Shown here in pieces: positions 57,367 through 64,000 of a DNA stretch of 64,000 nucleotides (position 1 is the first letter of the stretch; each line of letters starts with the position of its first letter). Position numbers and translations under genes: made by a program. The notes under the pieces are model-generated. The model saw nothing but the letters and a program-made list of their open reading frames with translations, did not search any database and was not told where the DNA came from. The stretch is from Candidatus Moraniibacteriota bacterium (GTDB lineage Bacteria; Patescibacteriota; Minisyncoccia; Moranbacterales; UBA1568): contig JBATNG010000017.1 of assembly GCA_049290235.1 (NCBI GenBank), positions 628 to 64,627 on the forward strand, written 5' to 3'.

Positions 57367-60300
57367 TTAGACCAGCTGGGTCTGGACGCTGGGCTCCTCG
57401 CCCGTTTTCACATCAAACCACATCTCGTAGATGACGGGGATGAAGAAGAGTTTGGCGACGCCAGAGAACGAAAGTCCGGCGATGATCGCGCCGCCGAGGC
57501 CCTGCCAGATCGGATCCGACAGTGTGATCGGGATGAGACCGACGATGGTCGTGAGGGCAGTGAGGAGGATCGGTTCGAGCCGGCTGGTGGCACCTTCGAC
57601 TACGGCTTCACGGACTGGGAGCCCGAGGTCGAGATTCTTGTTGATCTTGTCGACCATGATGATGGAGTTGTTCACCACGATGCCGAAGAGCGCCAGGACG
57701 CCGATCAAGGCGGGGAACGAGAGCGGAATGCCGAAGAGCGCGAAGATGACGAACACGCCAGAGACCGCGATCGGAATCACGAGGAGGACGATGAGGGCCT
57801 TGCGGTAGGAATTGAATTGGATCACCATGGTGGCGAAGATGAGAATGGCGGAGAGGAGCATCGCGTACATGATCGACTGAACAGACTTGTTGTTTTCCTC
57901 GTTGACCCCGCCGGTCTTCCAGCTATAGCCATCGGGGAGGTCGAGCTCACCATCGGCAAACTGTTCGAGGGCCGCGTTGAGCTCGGTCACCGAGTAGCCT
58001 TCATTCACGGCGGCTGAGATGGAGATGCTGCGTTGTTCGTCTTCACGTGTGATGAGCGTCGGGTTCTTGCGGAGTTCAAGCGCCCCGAGGGCGAGCAAGG
58101 GTACCGGTTCGCCCGACCGAGTCATTACCGACAATCGCCCGATATCCTCGGGTGATGCGAAGTTTTCAGCGGTGAGTCGGAGCACGATATCGCGCTTGTC
58201 TTCACCAAAACGTACATCCTCTTTCACGGTGAAACCATTGCCGAGTGTTCGGATATAGATCCCTGTGTCGGCACCGGACAGTCCGGCCGCCGTGAGGGCA
58301 GCGTCATTGGGGATGAAGGAGAGCTTTTTCCCGGCGCTCGACAGCGAGACCGAGACATTGCTCGTGCCTGTCATACCTTGGAGATGCTGCTTGGTCTTTT
58401 CGGCAAAGGCTTCAAGAGTGTCCAGGTCCGAACCGAGAAGCTTCAACTGGAGGTCGGCCCCAGCCGGTGGACCACCCGAGAGCTGAGAAGCGGTGATGAT
58501 GCCGCCGTTCCAGTCGGCGAATGAACGATTGAGTTCTGTCACGATCGCACTCGATTTTTTGTCGCGCTCCTTGGCTTTGATGAGGTGGAGCGTGAAGAGG
58601 ATATGACTGAAGTCTTTGCCCGTGGCACTCAGAGCGCTATCGGTCGGCGCCGTGGCACCGATTTCCGCGAGCACGAAGTCGAGTTCGGAGAGGTGCTGGA
58701 AGCGTGGCAGGAGTTCCTGTGCGGCCGCAGTCGCTTGATCTGGGGTCGTTCCCGTCGGCAATTCCGCCCCAACATAGATGATGTCGATATCGTCGCCGGG
58801 GAAGAATTCATTGACCACGAAGCCGAGCGGAACGAGGGCGTACGATGCGAGGGTGAAGACGATGAGGAAAACGATCGTCAGCCGGCGGGCTTGGCGCGAA
58901 GATAGAATCCGTTCGATGAGCACCGCATACCAGAGACTGAGACGGTCAAAGGAGAGAAGGCCATGATCCTGGAATTGGGTCCAGGCACCACCGAGACGGG
59001 TCGTCTTCCACGCCGTGACGGTTCGGAAGAAAGAGCGAGTGAGGCGGAAGGCGAGGCCGAGCAAAACGGCCGCCGCCAGAAACAGTGGCCACTTCATCGG
59101 TCCGATGGGCATGACGAAGAAGACAGCGACGAGGATCAGGACGTAGAGGAGCACTCGGAGGAAGAGAATGACTCGGCGTGGGAAGTGGCCTTCGAGGAAG
59201 ACGGCCATGTAGGGGATGACGAGGAAGAGAGCGGTCGCGGCGGAGAGAGCCAGGGCGGAAGAGACCACTACCGGGATCGGTCGGATGAATTCACCGATGA
59301 TGCCGGTGGCGAGGAGGAGGGGGACGAAGGCCCAAACGGTCGTGATCGTCGTGGTGGTGATGACGCCGCTGAAATCACGGAACACGAGGAGCACGGTCTC
59401 GCTCGGAGTGAATTTCCCAGAGCGGTGGTAGCTGGCGATGGCCGAGATGACGACGATCGCATTGTCGACGAGGATGCCGAGAGCGAGGAGGAGTGAGAAG
59501 AGTGAGATGAAGTTGATCGAGATACCGACGGAGCGCATCACGACGAAGGTCGCGAGGAAGGTGAAGGGGATCGCAAAGGCGGCGATGAGCGACTGACGTA
59601 CTCCGAAGAAGAGGAGCAGCATGATGAAGACGAGTCCGAAGGTGATGAGGAAATCACGTTGGAGTTGACTGAAGCTTCGATCGATTTCTTCTGAGCCATT
59701 GAAATAAGTCGAGACTGTGAAGGCGACGGGCGAGATGGCCCGGTACTCAGCGATCGCGGATTCGATACTTTCGATGGTGACCCGGGTGTCGGCGCTCTCG
59801 GTCTGATAGGCGGCGAAGAAAATAGCGCGCGAGGCATCGTGGGCATGACTCAAGACGAAAGCGGGGAGCGTCCCGGGCTGCTCGCGTTCAACGATCTCGG
59901 CGAGGCTACCGAGCGGCACGGTCTGGCCGGCGAGGGTAACCGGGAGGGTGCGGAGCGCAGCGACGGAACGAACGCTTTTCTCTTGATCGAGCGAGAGGGC
60001 GGTCCCGGAGGCAGCGAGTGTCCCTCCGGGGAAGTTTCCGAGCGCCGTCTCGATGGTTCGGGCGAGGAGGGGGATGTTCAAATTATGGGCCGCGATGGAT
60101 TCGGGTGAGAGGAGGATTGAAATCTCTGGATCACGCCGATAGGTGAGATCGACTTTCTCGACGGCGGGCAGGGCTTTGATCCGATCGAGGAGTTCGTCGG
60201 CGATGATAGGGAGGGCGCTCTCATCATCGGGCGCGGAGAGAGCGAAGAGCATCACGGGTTGGTTTTGGAAGTCGATGACCTCGACCGATGGATCTTGGCT

Positions 60301-60717
60301 GGCATCGGGGAGGGTGGTGACGCGGTCGACCGCATTTTGGACATCACTCTTGGCTTTCTCTGGATCGACAGTCGAAGAGAATTCCACGACGATGCTTGAA
60401 AAACTTTCCTGCGAGTTGGAGGTGACTCGGGTGACGTCGGACAGGCCGTTCACTGCGTCCTCGATCGGGATTGTCACGAGGTCTTCGATATCTTCGGGTC
60501 CGGCCCCCGGAAAAGCCGTACCGATGATGACCGTCGGGATCTGGATATCCGGATTGAGCTCCTTCTTCAGTGAGATGTACGAAACGGTCCCCGCGATGAT
60601 GAGGGTCGCGGTGATGAGGATGATGGCCCGGGTGCTCTGGAAATAGCGCCCAACGAGTCCATTCCGGAGCGATTCGTCGAAGTGTAACCGGTCGAAGAAA
60701 TTTTTCGTATATGTCAT
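57367..60717 (-). CDS. RND-superfamily efflux transporter permease (AcrB-like)
   Basis: 1116 aa, twelve TM helices and two large periplasmic loops. Confidence 0.8.
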   Translation of the reverse strand: MTYTKNFFDRLHFDESLRNGLVGRYFQSTRAIILITATLIIAGTVSYISLKKELNPDIQIPTVIIGTAFPGAGPEDIEDLVTIPIEDAVNGLSDVTRVTSNSQESFSSIVVEFSSTVDPEKAKSDVQNAVDRVTTLPDASQDPSVEVIDFQNQPVMLFALSAPDDESALPIIADELLDRIKALPAVEKVDLTYRRDPEISILLSPESIAAHNLNIPLLARTIETALGNFPGGTLAASGTALSLDQEKSVRSVAALRTLPVTLAGQTVPLGSLAEIVEREQPGTLPAFVLSHAHDASRAIFFAAYQTESADTRVTIESIESAIAEYRAISPVAFTVSTYFNGSEEIDRSFSQLQRDFLITFGLVFIMLLLFFGVRQSLIAAFAIPFTFLATFVVMRSVGISINFISLFSLLLALGILVDNAIVVISAIASYHRSGKFTPSETVLLVFRDFSGVITTTTITTVWAFVPLLLATGIIGEFIRPIPVVVSSALALSAATALFLVIPYMAVFLEGHFPRRVILFLRVLLYVLILVAVFFVMPIGPMKWPLFLAAAVLLGLAFRLTRSFFRTVTAWKTTRLGGAWTQFQDHGLLSFDRLSLWYAVLIERILSSRQARRLTIVFLIVFTLASYALVPLGFVVNEFFPGDDIDIIYVGAELPTGTTPDQATAAAQELLPRFQHLSELDFVLAEIGATAPTDSALSATGKDFSHILFTLHLIKAKERDKKSSAIVTELNRSFADWNGGIITASQLSGGPPAGADLQLKLLGSDLDTLEAFAEKTKQHLQGMTGTSNVSVSLSSAGKKLSFIPNDAALTAAGLSGADTGIYIRTLGNGFTVKEDVRFGEDKRDIVLRLTAENFASPEDIGRLSVMTRSGEPVPLLALGALELRKNPTLITREDEQRSISISAAVNEGYSVTELNAALEQFADGELDLPDGYSWKTGGVNEENNKSVQSIMYAMLLSAILIFATMVIQFNSYRKALIVLLVIPIAVSGVFVIFALFGIPLSFPALIGVLALFGIVVNNSIIMVDKINKNLDLGLPVREAVVEGATSRLEPILLTALTTIVGLIPITLSDPIWQGLGGAIIAGLSFSGVAKLFFIPVIYEMWFDVKTGEEPSVQTQLV

Positions 60718-60732
60718 AGCGTCGGATGGGGA

Positions 60733-61926
60733 CTAGCGGATGGGTTCAATCGTTTCCCCGGGGAGGACGGCCGCGTTCAAGACGAGGGTATCGCTCGGCT
60801 CCAAACCACTCTGGACGACGACCGAGGCCCCGATCGTTTCACCGAGTGTGACGGGTTGGCCACGCGTGACATGGTCAGCCTCCATGATGACCACGGAGGT
60901 CGCGACCGAGGTCGAACGGATGGCATCGATCGGCACGAGGTAGCTGTCTCGGTATTTCGGTACGAGCGGCACAGACAAGGTGACATAGTCATGTTGCGCG
61001 AGCTGATCAGACAGGTCGTGAGGGAGCGGATAGGTGACGATGACGAGCCCGGCAGCATTCTCGCTCCTGGCCTGATAGCCTGAGGAGAGCGTGTAGGATG
61101 CAGTACCAATCTGGAGTTCGGCGCTACCGGAATCCAAAAGCGCATCGGCGAGTTTTTTCGGGAAAGCAGCTTCGAGAGTACTGCTCCCGGCGGTAGCATG
61201 GAGTGTCATGAGGACGGTGCCGGGGGTGACGACATCACCTGGGCGGACTGCGATATGCTCGACGGTCCCGCGGACGAGGGACTTGGGGTGGAGAGCCGCG
61301 TCACTACGCTCGGCGAGTGCTAGGTCGAGTCGTGCCGTTTCCCGATCAGCTTTCAAACGTTTCAGATCAAGCTCCGCCTGCCGGGAGGCCGCCTTTCCCT
61401 CGCGGTCGGTCTTGGTCGGATCGGCCTTGGTGATTTTCTTTTGGAGATCGATAATTTCTTTCTCGAGCTGGTAGCTCCGCTCAGTGAGACTGGTCTGCAG
61501 GGCCGCCCGCTCTTCACTCAGGGCCGCCACTCCGCTCGCATAGTCAGCCGTCAGTATCGCCACACTCTGGCCGCTCACGACGTTTTGGCCTGGCCGGACG
61601 GCGAGACTTTGTACGATACTCGGCACGAGTGCGACGATGTCAATGGTGTCAGACTTCTTGACCCGGGCTGAGACAGACATCCGGCTCTCGTCCGCGCCCG
61701 CGACGAAGAGCAGCGAGGTTTTGGCGGTCGGTGCCGGCGGGGCCAGGGCCTCGTCCGGGGCCCGCAGAGTACTCGCGAGGGCGATTACTCCGAAGAGCAC
61801 CGCGAGCACGACAATAAAGCTCACAACCGGGCGTTTTTCGAGGCGGGCGAAGAGCGATCGGAACATAGAAATAAGGGTGAAAAATGAATAAAGGGTTTCG
61901 CTCGAAAATAGCAGGAAAAGAGCCAA
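60733..61926 (-). CDS. efflux RND periplasmic adaptor (membrane fusion protein)
   Basis: TM, coiled coil (LQKKITKADPTKTDREGKAASRQAELDLKRLKADRETARLDLALAE) and a beta-barrel region. 15-nt gap to the RND permease gene. Confidence 0.75.
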   Translation of the reverse strand: MALFLLFSSETLYSFFTLISMFRSLFARLEKRPVVSFIVVLAVLFGVIALASTLRAPDEALAPPAPTAKTSLLFVAGADESRMSVSARVKKSDTIDIVALVPSIVQSLAVRPGQNVVSGQSVAILTADYASGVAALSEERAALQTSLTERSYQLEKEIIDLQKKITKADPTKTDREGKAASRQAELDLKRLKADRETARLDLALAERSDAALHPKSLVRGTVEHIAVRPGDVVTPGTVLMTLHATAGSSTLEAAFPKKLADALLDSGSAELQIGTASYTLSSGYQARSENAAGLVIVTYPLPHDLSDQLAQHDYVTLSVPLVPKYRDSYLVPIDAIRSTSVATSVVIMEADHVTRGQPVTLGETIGASVVVQSGLEPSDTLVLNAAVLPGETIEPIR

Positions 61927-61958
61927 AAGTCAACCAGTGATCCCTGCCGTGATACCAT

Positions 61959-63716
61959 ATGAATATGATTCGATTCATCCGAGAAAACCCAGCGAGTTTG
62001 GCCCTCCTCGCCCTTTTGGTTTTGGGACTTACCTGGCGACAGCCGTGGCCGTATATCGTGGCCATCGTGGCGGGGCTCGTCATACTCGGGACCCAGTCCT
62101 TCGAACGGATCCGGATCGGCAAATGGGACCTCGACTATATCGCGCTCCTGACCTTGGTCACGGCCTTGTTCCTCGGCGAGTGGCTGGCAGGGGCGATCAT
62201 CGCGCTCATGATTTCGCTCTCGCGGGCGCTGGAGCAGTACGGGACGCGCCGGGCCGAAGCCTCACTCGAGGAGCTCTTTCGGCTGCTTCCGAAAATGGCA
62301 CTCGTCGAACGTGATGGGACATTCATCGAAGTCCCACTGCAGGAAATCCAGATCGGTGAAACCGTCTCGGTCCGGCATCGGGAGATGGTGCCTTTGGATG
62401 GGACATTGCTCTCTGCTGGTGGCCTCTTTAGCGAAGCAAATCTGACTGGTGAGATGGAACCGGTCGAATACCGCGCAGGCAAACGTCTGCGGAGCGGTAG
62501 TGTGAACATGGGTGAGGCCGTGACACTCTCGGTGACCGGGGACTTCGGCCACTCGACGTATCAGAGCATGCTCGGCATCGTCATGGCTGGGAAACGCGAG
62601 CCGTCGCATCTGGTCCGATTGGCCGGACAGCTCAATTGGCCATTCACTCTCGTCACCCTCATCCTCTCCATCGGTACCTATCTCGTGACGGGCGATATGG
62701 AGCGTTTCCTCGCGGTCCTCGTCGTGGCGACACCGTGTCCGCTTCTCATCGCTGCTCCGATCGCCTTCCTCGGTGGACTCTCCAAGGCGGCGCGCCGGCA
62801 CATCATCATCAAGACGCCCGAGACCCTCGAGCGACTCGCTAAGACAACCACGATTTTCTTCGACAAGACTGGGACGCTCACCCTCGGCATCCCGGCGCTG
62901 CGAACGATCGTCCCCCTCGATGTCGCTGTCCCCGAGACCCAAGCCCTGGCCCTCGCTTCAGCGCTCGAAGAACACTCGCTGCACCCATTGGCCCGAGCGT
63001 TGGTCTCGGCCAATCGTGAACGACACGGTGAGGATCTCGATGCGACTGGTGTCACTGAGAAACTCGGCGAAGGCATCCGGGGTGAGGTGAGCGGGGAGCG
63101 GTACCGGATTGAAAAGAGTCTTTCGACCGAAGGGATGGCGGTGGAGCTGGTCGGGCTGGCGGGGCCGATCGCGCGCTTTGTCTTTGACGATGTCCCCAAG
63201 CCGGGTATCACTGTGACCTTTGACTATCTGAAGGCACGCGGGTTCACCCTGTCAGTCCTGACCGGGGACAAAGCAGCCAACGCTCATCGTGTCCTCGATC
63301 AGTATGGTTTACCGATCATCGCGGAGTGCGACCCCGAACGGAAAGTCGCCACCGTGAAAGCAGCTCAAGCGCGCGGGGAGGTGGTCGCCATGGTGGGCGA
63401 TGGTGTGAATGATGCGCCGGCCCTCGCTCTCGCTGATGTCGGGGTCGTCTATTCGGGGACCGAGAACAGTCTCTCACTCGAAGCGGCGGATGCCGTTATC
63501 TTGAAGCGTGACATCGGGCTCTTCCAAGAGCTCATCCACATCAGTCGTCGATCGTATCGCATCGCACGGGAGAGTATGGTCGTCGGGATTGGACTGTCGA
63601 TCGTCGGTATGGTTGCCGGCGCCCTCGGCTATCTCCCGCCGGTCCATGGCGCCATCCTCCAGGAGGGAATCGACGCGCTCGTCATCGTGAACGCGCTCCG
63701 GGCAGCGTATCGGTAG
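61959..63716 (+). CDS. P1B-type heavy-metal ATPase, compact form without N-terminal HMA domain
   Basis: TM motif VVATPCPLLIAAP (xPC), [17 protein letters not shown]. Confidence 0.7.
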   Translation: MNMIRFIRENPASLALLALLVLGLTWRQPWPYIVAIVAGLVILGTQSFERIRIGKWDLDYIALLTLVTALFLGEWLAGAIIALMISLSRALEQYGTRRAEASLEELFRLLPKMALVERDGTFIEVPLQEIQIGETVSVRHREMVPLDGTLLSAGGLFSEANLTGEMEPVEYRAGKRLRSGSVNMGEAVTLSVTGDFGHSTYQSMLGIVMAGKREPSHLVRLAGQLNWPFTLVTLILSIGTYLVTGDMERFLAVLVVATPCPLLIAAPIAFLGGLSKAARRHIIIKTPETLERLAKTTTIFFDKTGTLTLGIPALRTIVPLDVAVPETQALALASALEEHSLHPLARALVSANRERHGEDLDATGVTEKLGEGIRGEVSGERYRIEKSLSTEGMAVELVGLAGPIARFVFDDVPKPGITVTFDYLKARGFTLSVLTGDKAANAHRVLDQYGLPIIAECDPERKVATVKAAQARGEVVAMVGDGVNDAPALALADVGVVYSGTENSLSLEAADAVILKRDIGLFQELIHISRRSYRIARESMVVGIGLSIVGMVAGALGYLPPVHGAILQEGIDALVIVNALRAAYR

Positions 63717-63820
63717 TGGCGTTGTCGACTTGGGCCGAGTCTGGCAGAAAATGGTATATTTAGAGAAGACCGATAGTACAATTTTCAATGGCCAATGATC
63801 GATTTTCATTGAATTTCCAA

Positions 63821-64000
63821 TGCCTGAATTATCAAGCAGTAAAAGAGCCTATGATCTCGAGGAACGGACTGCACGTTTCGGCGAGGCGGTTGTCGTTTTC
63901 TGCAAAAGCATCGAGAAAGAAAAACTCACCCAAGCCCTGACACTGCAACTCATCCGTTCTGGTACGAGTATCGGTGCGAATTATTGCGAAGCGAACAATG
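63821..64000 (+). CDS. four-helix-bundle protein (TIGR02436 / 23S rRNA intervening-sequence-protein family), 3' end beyond window
   Basis: MPELSSSKRAYDLEERTARFGEAVVVFCK...LIRSGTSIGANYCEA carries the signature SIGANxxEA motif. Confidence 0.55.

Overview
This 64-kb window comes from a bacterial chromosome with moderately high GC and nearly all genes on the + strand. GC content was judged by eye and was not computed. The lineage cannot be assigned from sequence alone. The compact genes, the giant surface protein and the many glycosyltransferases are reminiscent of an uncultivated CPR/Patescibacteria-like organism, but this is inference.

Gene order along the window:
1. A giant surface/adhesin-like protein of more than 2,440 aa, truncated at its 5' end by the window (2-7324). 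It has large internal repeats, a LamG/ConA-like lectin domain and a Pro/Thr-rich tail.
2. Two copies of a short interspersed element that looks like a structured RNA (about 7705-7888 and 9997-10385). They flank a class-A beta-lactamase-like serine hydrolase gene and a LytR_C-domain protein gene.
3. dnaG, then rpoD with a lysine-rich N-terminus that resembles histone H1, then a NUDIX hydrolase gene and a hypothetical gene.
4. tRNA-Asn(GUU) at 14911-14985, followed by about 13 kb of AT-richer DNA. This DNA is punctuated by three partial copies of the tRNA-Asn 3' half (about 20687, 20762 and 24741) and by a pair of 24-bp direct repeats (24872 and 28260). I read this as a tandem composite genomic island with no integrase gene in view.
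5. Island cargo, segment 1: an AsnA-type aaRS-like ligase, a SAM methyltransferase, an S66 LD-carboxypeptidase/MccF-like peptidase, a LysRS-like class IIb paralogue, and a truncated RlmN/Cfr-family radical-SAM enzyme.
6. Island cargo, segment 2: an AbiEi/AbiEii type IV toxin-antitoxin pair, and a PrimPol/SF2-helicase fusion gene interrupted by a single in-frame TAG.
7. Island cargo, segment 3: PhnB/VOC, RibD_C/DHFR-like, Lnu-like nucleotidyltransferase and HD-hydrolase genes.
8. msrAB, then a csoR-copA copper operon (with an HMA-membrane protein and a cupredoxin-like protein) under a promoter that embeds a perfect CsoR-type palindrome.
9. A SWIB-domain protein, a PilB/GspE-like ATPase with an Ig-like membrane protein, and a SET-domain protein.
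10. rluB-like pseudouridine synthase, GT2, GtrA, an FAD/NAD oxidoreductase, and a GT2-polytopic fusion.
11. A QxxRW processive GT2 synthase, an HlyD-like protein and a probable GH81 beta-1,3-glucanase.
12. A cyclophilin, typA, a GT39/ArnT-like gene, yciB, DUF1295, an RND efflux pair, a short P1B-type ATPase, and a 3'-partial four-helix-bundle protein.

No rRNA genes and no CRISPR array were seen.
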